Assembly (NCBI RefSeq): GCF_006345805.1
Contig: NC_043000.1
Location: 145,142,001-145,206,000, forward strand
Length of the DNA stretch: 64,000 nt
From: Octopus sinensis
Taxonomy: Eukaryota
Direction of reading: 5' to 3'
In this document: positions 38,681-51,200 of the stretch, in pieces
Position numbering within the stretch: position 1 is the first letter of the stretch
Layout of the letters: each line of letters begins with the position of its first letter
Notes under the pieces: model-generated
Seen by the model: the letters and a program-made list of their open reading frames with translations, nothing else
The model's database searches: none
Told to the model about the DNA's origin: nothing
Program-made: the position numbers and the translations under genes

Positions 38681-40878
38681 TTTTCTTCTGTGTACATATT
38701 TTTCTGTATAATGGCAAAACTGCTAATCATTTTCTCTTTCATTGTCATACAGTAAAGAACTGTATTTTCTTAGTATGGTGGGGATTAAAGGCTTATCACT
38801 TTTCTCCTTGCTATTCACGGAAAGGTATAGGGAAAAGGGCACTGTGTTCCTAACATACTACATGTGTATATTCCCTTTACTTTGAGTTTCTTAATCAACG
38901 AGTGTTTTTTTTTGTTGCAAAGAGAAGAGTAAATTGATATCTATATATATAATCTTTCATAATGCGGGTATCAAAAAACGTAATGTTGGCATTACAGCAT
39001 GAAAATCCTTATCCTCATTGTACTGACGTATATCAAATTTAAATCTAAACAAAATTGACATGAAATGAACTGAAACCACCTGGTGATAATCTCTCGCTCT
39101 GTTGGTACTCTGCAGGGTGATATCGGAAAAAAGATGATGAATTTAAATATAGAGAGAAATCTGATACAACCTAAAGGCTAGAATCTAAAAGATAAAAAAA
39201 AAACGTGCGGAGGTGAAGAATAACAACAAACAAATAAATTAATTTGTCTACATTTGTAAGAAATTATTTCTCTCTATATCAGCAAATGAATTACAACTCA
39301 AAACTAATTACTAAAGAAGAAAATATCTGCATAACTACAAAATGATAGAAAAAAGTTAGAAAGTAAGAACAATCAAATGAAATTTGTTTTCCAGTATGGG
39401 GAGGGGAATATGGCGATAAATATGTCATACTCTATAACCAACACGCGTAAGTAAGACAGCGTAAAATCAACAATCATTCTAAATCTCTGCTGGTGAAACT
39501 AAGCATTCAATTACCTGGACAGACAAAACACTAAGACACGGACATGAAGTTAGACGAAATGACGGTAAGCAGTATTAACGTCACGGTAAATACTCCACGA
39601 GACCGCTGAATTAAATGTGGTGAAAATATGAAAGATATATGTAATGAATCTCATTCAGCTCAAAACACTGCATATAGATATTTCGAAAGATATCTTACCA
39701 TGAAAATGAAAGCTGATTCCAAACATAATTTATAAAACAAGGCGAAACAGAACTTGAAGCAAAAGCGCACGGATACATATGCCTATCTTTCTCGATGAGA
39801 TGAGAAAATTTAAAGGTGAAAATTCTGAATTCGGTAAGAATCTAAAGATGTAAATAGTCAAATCTAATCAATTACGATAGGGTAATCGGGAAAATGAAAG
39901 TTACATAAATGAAGACAAAGAATGAGATAGTCACAGAATGAATATACAATAAACAATATACATCTGCAATGACTATAACATAAATAATACGCATCTGTAT
40001 TCATATACACGTCCAGAATAACGAAAACTTCGCATAACGGAACTAAAGTAAATCTAAACCCATGGCATTTTATACTTAACCTGTCTCATTTCCTCCAGTG
40101 TATCATCAAGATTACCCAGGGTTATATTAATTTTGCTAGTCACTTTGTGAATCTCAATCATAACTATATCAAACACCCAAAACTCACTATTTATATTAGC
40201 TAGTGGATATCAAAATATTGTGGATTGTATGACCAGTTAGGAATTGGAAACTGGAACCAAAACAAAGCACATCTTAGCTATGTTTTATATTCACTACTGT
40301 TTAGCCCATCAACTTGTTTCACGACATAGTCAATTTCAATCGAGTTTTTAAAGATTTTGAATTTTCATTTACCACACGAGCTTGCATTTATCAGATATTC
40401 ACACATCATAAAAACAGATAAATTCAGTATTAAGGTTTTCTTCCCACGTTACCTGTACAGGAGAATATTAATTAAACATATATTTTCAGAGCCTACCCTT
40501 TTCTTTAATAAACGATACGTGACCATGAATGTAGAATCAGTGAAACGATTAAAATACATGAGCCATTAGCGAGAAGTGTACTGTCATATTTGTAGGTAGT
40601 AGGTAGTAGCATATTATACATAAATATTATAAAGACAACATTTTTTTAAAGCTTGCGTCGCGTTTACAATGTATCATGTGAGGTATGTCGTCTATAGTAG
40701 AAAGAATAAACTTTTCAGCAAGGAGCACAAAATAAAGAAAACCTAATTAATAATTATGAATTTAATGTTACTTTTGTCATGTCTGTAAATTGAAATGTAA
40801 CATTAAAATCTAAGCCTGAAGAAGTAAACACACAAAACATTTTAATATAAACTTTCATAAAGTTTGCTAGTTTACAGC

Positions 40879-40879
<1 letters not shown>

Positions 40880-40960
<81 letters not shown>

Positions 40961-41014
40961 TATATTTATACACATATATATATAAATATAAATATACATA
41001 TATATATATATATA

Positions 41015-41047
<33 letters not shown>

Positions 41048-41060
41048 CACACACACACAT

Positions 41061-41104
<44 letters not shown>

Positions 41105-41164
41105 ATACATACATACATACATACATACATACATACATACATACTACATACATACATACATACA

Positions 41165-41195
<31 letters not shown>
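40880..41195. repeat. (AT)n/(ATAC)n microsatellite block
   Basis: Direct repeat. Confidence 0.98.
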
Positions 41196-41809
41196 TCGCA
41201 CGCACACACAAAGCGGGTGTAGGAGAGAGATACGTTTGTGAGTATTCCAATGATGTCATGAGCTTTTATATACCGGAACATGCTTATTCAAACAAGTCGA
41301 TATATATATATTTAAGTAATAAAATATTTTCTATATTTTTTTTCCCTTTTTGCCTATCTTTATTTTCCCTTGTGTTTCAAACTGTCATATCGTATAATGT
41401 GAATTGTTCTAGATTTTTATAGCTCGATAATAAAATATTTGGAGATTGTATTAGTTATTTACTAGATTTTATTTCCAACGAATTTCTTCATTCTGATGTT
41501 TTTTTATCCTAATTTTGTATTATAGTCTTCGTATATAACTTCGATAATGACATTTTCCTTATTCTTTCTTGAAGTTACGTATACAAGAATTACTAGATTA
41601 TTATTGTGCATAGCTACTTCTGAGAAACAAGTGAATGCGATTGACATATTTCACAAATGTCATTAGAATCAATTTCAATAGAGAATTATTACAAATAACC
41701 TACTGAGAGCAAATGAAAATAAAGAAACTCAAGTTCAATACTTAGGATGATTTAGAGAGCCTCAAAAAAAACTAAACAAAAAACGCTATACTGAATTGCA
41801 CAATATATA

Positions 41810-41851
<42 letters not shown>

Positions 41852-42189
41852 AGACACACACACACACACAGAGTTAAGAAGAGAGATGTAAGCATGTAGA
41901 TTATGCAACAGAACAATAGAATCGTGTTAACCAGATTCTTCTATACGATATATTCCTGTAGAGAAAAACAATGATTATGTTTAACCCTGTATTCTACGAC
42001 TGAATAAACTTCACGATCGACTGCTGAGACGCTGTGAATATTCTTTGTAAGTTTTTAATTTTATTCACATATATAGCATATCTAAACCTACCTTAACTAT
42101 TTTCTCATTATTTTTGTCGATACATAGGAATCGTAACCGTTTACCTGATTTTCGTGGCATATAAGCGACCAAGATCACAACATTCCCCT

Positions 42190-42405
42190 GAATGGAGCGC
42201 TTGACCATTGCAGGCCAGCAAATTTAAGTGAAGGTGACTACTCGATTACATCGACTTCGGTAACTGACTGCGGCAATAATTTTATCAACATTGACGGGAT
42301 AAAATACATAGTTCACCCCGGCGTCATTTGTACTTTCAACTTAAAGTGCCCGAGGAAATCCAGCTAAGAATTTTGCCCACACTCCTAACAGTTATGCCGT
42401 CTCAT
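42190..42405 (-). mobile_element. Highly degenerate SINE family A
   Basis: CTCGATTACATCGAC..TTTTATCAAC..GCTAAGAATTTTGCCC resembles minus-strand family A copies. Confidence 0.55.
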
Positions 42406-43402
42406 TTACTTACTTTGACAACCAACTAATTGTGACATATTATATATATATATATTATAAAAACACTTACTTATAGTACATTCACTTAAAGAACTAGAAG
42501 GAAGAAGACTTTACAAGTTCGACAGCTGTTTGTGATGACTCAGGGCAGTTTCCTAATTTTGACAGATGTAGTTTATCAAAAATGTTTATCCGTAATATAG
42601 GCAAATATGTAATAGTAAGCTTCAGAGCCTCCTTCAAAAATGTAGATAGATGACAGTTTAACTTATATCATATCAATATACAGGGAAATCTAAAGACAGA
42701 ATAGGTATAGTAGGAAGTAAAGAACTGGTAATGGCAGAAGGAAATAGGTAGCTGGATGGGAGTATGTGGAATGTTGGGGCAACGGAAGAGAGAAGATGAT
42801 AGAGGGGAGAATGCTTAGCGTAATGAGAGATGTAATATGAATACTAGTTGTGAAGAATTGGGAGGAAAATGTAAAATGTGAGTGGTAGTATCTAGTATTT
42901 GAAAGTTCATAAATGCTGCTAGGTTTATGAATAGATAATAAACATTTAGTATCGTAGTCAATATAATTAAGGGAAGCTAAAATGGTAGGAGAAAAAGGGG
43001 GTGATAGAGTGAAGTGACGTGGCGAGGGGGCTTTTTAGGAATAAGGTTGGGCCGATGGTAGAGAGTGAGGAGTTTCGATTGAAGAGGCCAGAAGAAGATG
43101 GAGGAATGGAATTCAAGGAATGAGAATAGGTGTAGTTTTAAGGAGATGTCGTTCTATATGGGAAGAACTTAGTTAAGGTAATGTTAAGAAGGTATATATT
43201 TAGTAGATAGTTTATGTTACCAGTGGGATCAATTTGTAACTTAAGGTTAATCTTACTTGATGTTAATCGCAATTAGGGAATCGCATAGATTTTGCGAAAT
43301 GGTCAAATGATTTGTAGTTCGTGTGTTTACAGGAAAGGATTATATCTGAGAATCTAATGCGTAACTAGTTGTAGCTGCTAAGAAAGGTGAGCAATTCCTG
43401 TC

Positions 43403-43527
43403 AAACTAGTTTACAAACGCCATCGTTGGTTTTGTAAGGGCGAGCCTCGCTGACAGTGGACCAGGAAACTAGTTTACAAACGCCATCGTTGGTGTTGTAA
43501 GGGCCAGCCTCGCTGACAGTGGACCAG
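43403..43527. repeat. 63-bp tandem duplication (two copies, two mismatches)
   Basis: AAACTAGTTTACAAACGCCATCGTTGGT(T/G)TTGTAAGGGC(G/C)AGCCTCGCTGACAGTGGACCAG at 43403 and 43466. Confidence 0.97.
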
Positions 43528-44794
43528 AATAATGTGTATTTTGGGATATGATGCTCTGTACATAAGTAAAGAGGTAGACAATTTATATATATATAAGTTA
43601 TATATATATATAAAAACACACACAAGTTCATCTTTGAGTTCACTGAATGTATATCAAAGTAATCAACTAAGTATGCATCGCATAAATATGAGCATATGCG
43701 CGATTTAGTTTGCATATATTTAATATTTTATTTAATGAAACCCATGAATATATCACTTAATATGTAATAATGTTTATTCCAAACTTGTAAACCTTGTATA
43801 TTTTTTATACTTTGCATTTATATAGTGATTACATATATTTTCATATCCATTTCTTTCTTATTGTCTTACTTGTCATTTAGAGATTGTCTACTCGAGTGCC
43901 CATAAACTATCAAGAGTGCTCAGATACTTGCAAGCGCTATACACAAGTGGAAGTTGAAAGTACATGGAGTCGAGTTCTTCTTCACATTCTGATTGATTTT
44001 AAACAAAACCGCTGTTCTTATGGGATTTTACTCCAACTGAAAAACCTACAATATCAAACAAAGTGTTTTATAAAATAACGTATTTTGCATGATAAAATAA
44101 CATTTACCTCTTAAAATGTTTACATATTGGATAAGGAGGTTTGAAGCCTCCTTATTTAATATGAACACATTTGCCACGTCACTGTACGTTAAATCAATTC
44201 TTCACTCAGGGCTATAATTTTTTTTCTTACTCAACATCAATGTAGCATTATATATGCAATTATATGAGATTGATTTCAATAACTCTTCGTTATTACTCTA
44301 GCGATAACGCAAAAAAAAGTGTATTAAGTTATATCATTAAATTAGGTTGACCTTCATTAAATATTTATTGTAGCACAATGGGTATACTCATGTTATATTT
44401 GTCATCTATTTATTACTCTGTCATGTTGTCTAAGTGAAAGTTTCTGTGACGATTCCTCGTGATTACTAAAACCATGCTACCGTAAAGAAAGACGGACAGA
44501 TAAAGTTTAACAAAGATGCCGACGATGAAATTAGGAGCAACAGAGCGAACGAGACGGCTAAAATTTTACAGTGATCAATATGGCGAATTCGTGTTCATTT
44601 CTGGTCGATTTGTATAGCAAACAATGATTATGTCCAAAACTATCATTATGATTGTTGCGAAAATGAATGAACATAGCGGTTATTTCAACTGAGATTTTAA
44701 TACAAATATTCATGTATGTTTGCTTTATCTGGGTAAGCTATATGCAAACAAACGCATACACATGTAGAAACGATATGTCTATATATATATATAT

Positions 44795-44857
<63 letters not shown>

Positions 44858-44860
44858 TAT

Positions 44861-45090
44861 CACATGATCACGTGACCGACCAGACCATCAGATGTTGCTA
44901 CACATCATTGGTCACAATGCGTTCGCATTGTTTTAGCCTTCGAATGACGCCACCCCACTGGCTAAGCGAGCAGGCCAACAGACGAAAATGAGAGAAAGAG
45001 TGGTGAAAGAGTACAGCAGGGATCACCACCCCCTGCCGGACCGTCGTGGAGCTTTTAGGTGTTTTCGCTCAATAAACACACAAAACGCCC
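44861..45090 (-). mobile_element. SINE family C, 5'-truncated
   Basis: Homologous to 24049-24270. Confidence 0.8.
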
Positions 45091-45119
45091 CACTGGGCCA
45101 TTGCTCCTCCACATACATA

Positions 45120-45215
<96 letters not shown>

Positions 45216-45379
45216 TAGTTATCGCCATACTAATATGGCAGTCTAAATATAAGACTAAAGCTGTCGCTGATTAGCTCCAAGTGGCCACCGCCTCTAGCTA
45301 GCTATATGACACACGAACCTGCGTCCATTACAACCTTCGAACAGGGGAGGTCAGCCGCTTCACCTTGCTAGTCAGACAT

Positions 45380-45420
45380 CTGCAGACATGTTTCAGGGTT
45401 GTTGCCCTTTATCAATGCAG
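45380..45420 (-). ncRNA. Minimal type I hammerhead ribozyme motif (U3:A8 variant)
   Basis: Minus strand CUGCA-UUGAUAA-AGGG CAACAA CCCU-GAA-ACAUGU-C-UGCAG: 5-bp stem I, 4-bp stem II, GAAA core, palindromic stem III and GUC cleavage triplet. Activity not demonstrated. Confidence 0.75.
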
Positions 45421-45469
45421 CGTAGTCAGAACCAGCAGGTGTCGCTACTGACCGGCTGTTCGAAGATTT

Positions 45470-45500
<31 letters not shown>

Positions 45501-45778
45501 TGGTGTGTGCGTGTGTGGATGTGTGTGTTTCTGTGTGTATGTATTGTGTATTTTTGTTTGTGTGTTTGTGCGCGTCCGTGAACGTGTTTGTATTTTTAAG
45601 TGTGTTCGCGTGTTCTTGAAATGCTCTTAAAAGAATTACATGAGTGTACAATACGATAAATTTCAGTATTGAGTCACAACATTCAGTTAAAATATCAACG
45701 TGTTTGAACTTGCCTTTCTCTTGTCGAGGCAACAAAGTCAGTGTTCCTGCCGCTTTCTGTCTGTCTGTCTGTCCTTAT

Positions 45779-45818
<40 letters not shown>

Positions 45819-45982
45819 ACACACACACACACACAAAGTGTCATTTACTAAAATTCGCCTGGCTCCCGTATGAGAATATGGATCATGCGTCAGAGGCTAC
45901 TTGAAACTACATAGATACGTAAAATAAGTAGCTCAACCATGATATCTTCTGGCAATTCAGACTATATCTCAAAATTAGGCCA

Positions 45983-46454
<472 letters not shown>

Positions 46455-46851
46455 TAGATTTTATATTTGTGAGTGTAAGTACGTGTATATAGGTGCAAGA
46501 AATGTCTAATATATTAAGTGTATCAGAAGCCAAGACGTGGAAAATGCTAGAATGCATGAATTATATTGGGAAGAAAAATTATATTAATGATCATTGAGAT
46601 CATTGCACACAATAAATAGCATAGAGAATATAATTGGTTGATTTCGAGGTTTAGGGAGAACAGGAAAACTTAGATGGAAGGCACATATATGATGCCATCG
46701 GAGTGTAAAAACAACAACAAATCTCCATGTATTTAAGTAAATATTTGTAAGCATTTATATACATACACTCATATACATATATACATACATGCATGCATAC
46801 ATACATACATACATACATACATACATACATACATGCATACATATATAGATT

Positions 46852-47220
46852 ATTATGGATGCCCCTCGTTATCGAGTATGGTCATTGCACGAAGCTTAAC
46901 TGTTACTGGTACTGTGATCGAATGTGACTTTTTAGCCCAGCTAAAGGTCTACAATGTCTTGTACAAAATTGGCAACAGAAACCTTTACTGGTAATTGCCG
47001 GCTGTAGTTGTAACTGGGCTTCATGTACCTTTGCATGTCGCTTAAGTCCTCCTGCCAAATTACACTCTCTTCCACATGCCCGACAGATATGATTAGTATG
47101 GTGTGTTACACCACCACCAGTGGCCAGGTTGTCACTCATCTGTCTCGTTTTATGACTACGAAGATGACTCTTGAGTCTAGCTTTTCTGAGGCAGGGTCTT
47201 GCACAGACATTGCATGTCAT
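46852..47220 (-). mobile_element. 3' end of an RTE-like LINE encoding three tandem C2H2-like fingers
   Basis: CNVCARPCLRKARLKSHLRSH, CRACGRECNLAGGLKRHAKVH and CQFCTRHCRPLAGLKSHIRSQ, followed by a short 3' UTR ending CTCGATAACGAGGGGCATCCATAATAAT, typical of RTE termini. Confidence 0.75.
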
Positions 47221-47221
47221 A

Positions 47222-47398
<177 letters not shown>

Positions 47399-47399
<1 letters not shown>

Positions 47400-47875
47400 A
47401 CAAAATAATGGAAACACCTAGCATCATAGAATCATCATTTCGAAATAACTATTACACCGTCAAAAGCTTGTTTGTTTTTGTTTTTGATTTATTATTAGTG
47501 TTGCTTAATATGTTTGCTAAAATAGCTGAGCTGCTTCTTTTCATATATAATCAGAAAAATGTAATAAAAATGACAGATCTACGGGACTTTCAAAGAGGTC
47601 AAATTGTTGGAGCTCGTATGGCAGGTGCTAGCATAACGAAAACAGCCAAACAGTTTGGTATATCGAGAAGTACTGTGTCGAAAGTAATGACAGCTTTTGA
47701 GAAAGTGGGAATAACCACCTCGTTGAAACAAAACTCCGCAAGAAAACCAAAACCTTTAGATAGGGACCGTCGAAATCTTACGTGAATTGTTGGAAAGGAA
47801 CATAAACGTAGAGCTCCCAAACTTACTACAGAGCTTAATGACCACCTCAAGAACCCACTTTCCACGAAAACTAGT
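47399..47875 (+). pseudogene. Tc1-family transposon 5' part with transposase N-terminus (paired-like HTH)
   Basis: From ATG at 47570: MTDLRDFQRGQIVGARMAGASITKTAKQFGISRSTVSKVM..NSARKPKPLDRDRRNLT*IVGKEHKRRAPKLTTELNDHL. Upstream GACAAAATAATGGAAACACCT is TIR-like. Confidence 0.9.
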
Positions 47876-47949
47876 AATTGGTCGAGATCCTCCACCGTCA
47901 TGCAAAAACCCTACCAAATATTGATTTTCGCCTGCCATTCACCTTGTTT

Positions 47950-48410
47950 AAGAACATTGAGAAACTAAGAGGAGTTTGTTATTTTCAGGCTTTGAAAGAA
48001 ATAATGACCCTGAATTCCTGCTGAACATCCTGAGGCAAGAGACGAGGAGAACGTCAACAAAATCTTTAATGACTTCAAATTTCCATTCCAGCAAAATGGA
48101 GCTCCTTGTTACACAATGCAGTGACTCAAATATTTTTCAGGCTTGAGTTTTAGAAAAGCTTTTGGGATAAGGAAACTTGACCCTTTTCATCACCTGATTT
48201 GAATAGTTTACGCTTTAGCATCCGGAATGAAATGGAAAAGCTTGTGAGTGGAATCAATTTGAAAAGCGTGTGAGAATCCACGAAGTTACCTACAGGTGTA
48301 GGATATAGTAGGAGGATATTGATAAGTAATACATTTATAAAACTTATAGCACAGTCAAGAAGAGTTTGAGGAAGTCATTACCAAAAGAGGAGCAACTTTC
48401 GATGTTTAAT
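47950..48410 (+). pseudogene. Tc1/mariner transposase catalytic-domain relic
   Basis: FPFQQNGAPCYT (FQQDGAP.H motif), FWDKET*PFSSPDLNSL (WPPSSPDLNP motif) and EEVITKRGATF (C-terminal VI.AKGG motif). Confidence 0.75.
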
Positions 48411-49348
48411 AGATAGCATTTGGACCAGAATTTCTTCTGGGGCTTTGTAATAAAATGTTAAGCTTCCTTCAAACTTTATTCCATTCATTTACGAGCTCCC
48501 AATCCTACGCGATGGTTAATTATTTATGAAAATATCATTTTTGTGTTTGGTCAACTTCATCATGCTTCTTCTGGGGAGTACTCAATATATGTCTTCCTTA
48601 GAGTAGAGTCCAATATGGTTTAAAAAATAAAAACTCTGATAGTTCCATTAAATATTCTTTAAGCATTCCTGAGATACAAAGGTCCGACGTTGAATCTAAA
48701 ATTTGGACTGTGTGTGTGCATGTTGTAGCTGGAACCGTGCTTATTACCTGGAACCACGTGACTCAATTGTTAGCCAACTTTTTGTAATACACAAGAGAAA
48801 TCAACAAGACCTAATTACTTCAATAAAAGAAATATGTTATACCATCACAGCAAAATCGGAGAAAACATTCCATGATAAAGTGTTCCTTAATGGAAAACGC
48901 ATTTTCTGCACCTTTTCAATGTCCTTCAAGTCAACTTAATCAGATCTTTAATGAGACATTTAGGCTTACTGGGACCCCGGGCAAACTGAACTTTGACGGG
49001 TACAAGCTGACAGTCGTGGAATTTTTTTTGTCTTTGCTACGCCTTCCTTGGCGTCCCCTAGAACACGGCGCCCCGGACGACTGCCCGAGTTTCCGGTACC
49101 TTGAGCCGACTCCGACCGTTGCACTTACATCACTCGCAAGACTATAGTTTCAATATTCTGACACTTAATTGCCTAATCAGTAATATTAGCAGACAAACTG
49201 GCCTCCGGATGGTTTTCTGCCAATCGCTAAATGATATTTACACATTTGATTTCCCAATTTGTGAAATGTTTCTGACATGTTACGTCTAATTTTCATTTGT
49301 GTCCGTTAATATAGACTTCAGTAAATATTTTTCGCATTACTTCAACTT

Positions 49349-49351
<3 letters not shown>

Positions 49352-49406
<55 letters not shown>

Positions 49407-49415
49407 CTCTCTCAG
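49352..49415. repeat. (CT)n microsatellite
   Basis: Direct repeat. Confidence 0.98.
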
Positions 49416-51004
49416 TCTCTCCCTCTATCTTTCTGATTCTGTTTTTCTCTCTCTAATAAACAAACTTAAAAGTATTCTCCCTCTACGTGGTCGACCAGTC
49501 TGCAAGAAGCAGCAGGATTCATATGGCTATATTCTAAGGCCAATAGAATGCCAAAAAGCCATACTCACTAAGTCACCCATGAAAGTTTATTTTTTTCAAA
49601 TTAAGGAGGTAACTCTGGAAAATTTCCTTTTATGAAAATATATTTGTGTAAAAAATTCCATATGGAAAAATATGGGACAGCTCCACAAAGTATAGGGAGT
49701 CCATAAATTGTCTCTACATCATGTAATTTAAAAGTATAGAAATTATAAAGATAAATTATCTACTGCTTGTGCATTTTATATAGCAGCAAAACGTATCAGG
49801 GAACGATGTAAAGGTGTGTGAAATATCTACCTCGTTCCCCGTTTTCTTCACATTAAATTCCGAAATAATAATCATCTACACCATATAAAATGTATTTGCA
49901 GAAACAACCGTTGCAAAACACTGTTTTCTTGAACGTCATAAGGTAAAAACTTGGGTAGGATTTTTCTTTCGTATTTATTCTCATTTGACGTTAATTAAAT
50001 ACACCTTTCTTATTTAGTTTTCCATTTCTTCAAGAACATCGACCAGATATGAAAGGGAACAGGAATCATCATAATTTTGCTGCTGCTAGATTAAACTTTA
50101 TAGATAGATTTTTAGTATGCCCCTAGAAGGAAGCTTTGAAAATATTCAGGCAATCTGGATATTTCCATAAGTGAGTTAATGCTGAAATTTCTCCACAAAC
50201 TGTACAAATTGAGAGGCATCCTTTCCGAATTAGAAATCAGGCATATATTTTCGCTTTATGTTGATGGTGTTCCCATCAGAGAGTTGGAACTTACGTATGA
50301 AGCAGCAGTTATCATTGTTGAGAAATGCAAAAATATATAGATATCGATACACGTCCGTTGGGTTGCGGCACTTACGGAGAGAAATCAATGTCAGTAGTAG
50401 CAGTGATGTTCGCAGAACTGGTGGAGTGACTAAATCTATTAGGAGTCTAATGTAGTCGTGTCTTCTAGCCGGACGGGAAGTTGGATGAATACTTGCAAGA
50501 AAATTCGTCTTAGCAAGAAATGAAGCGAGGAGCTTTATTATGTTTCGGGTACAGGACCACTTCCTAACTTTACGGGTCCAGCAATATTGTCCATATCATT
50601 GACATAGTTTTAGAAAATACAGTTAGGGAGCTCCGAAACATAACTCCCAGTATATATTGCGCGCCGTGCTCGCACACTTGTTTGTTAAAGCGTAATGTTT
50701 CTTTACAAAAGCCTGATAGGTTTCAGTCACCTTTTCGTTTTTTCATTTCGGATGAGAATTTAAAATTTCCAATTAGGAGTGTGATTTTTCCAGGTTTTGA
50801 TAGCATAAATCTCATAAGCGAATTTTTGTTTTCACACTTGAATGATTTTTCAAATTGAAAAAAAAAAAAGAAATCATGTGCCAAAGTCAGAGAATTGCTT
50901 GGAAAAGCAAAGCAAGTTACAAAAAATAATGTGTCGCAATGGGAAGAAAGTATTAGTAGCTCTGATTTTAATACAATGCACGTTAAATGATATATGTGCG
51001 TATG

Positions 51005-51027
51005 CGTGTGTGTGTTAGTGTGTGCGG

Positions 51028-51071
<44 letters not shown>

Positions 51072-51131
51072 TATATATATATACAACACATATCTATAAA
51101 CACACACATATATACAATTGTATATATTTAA

Positions 51132-51169
<38 letters not shown>

Positions 51170-51200
51170 TTATATACATTTCTATATAGACACACACATC
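51005..51200. repeat. (AT)n-rich microsatellite block
   Basis: Direct repeat. Confidence 0.95.

Noticed and set aside
42505-42556. ACAGCTGT palindrome plus C near CTGA on the minus strand
   Set aside because: The GAAA core and stems are missing.
43403-43527. Repeat considered as a CRISPR-like array
   Set aside because: The units are contiguous duplicates with no unique spacers, and the context is eukaryotic.
44131-44155. ATAAGGAGG-loop-CCTCCTTAT hairpin
   Set aside because: Short isolated stem with no CTRR Helitron end. Bacterial terminator logic does not apply here.
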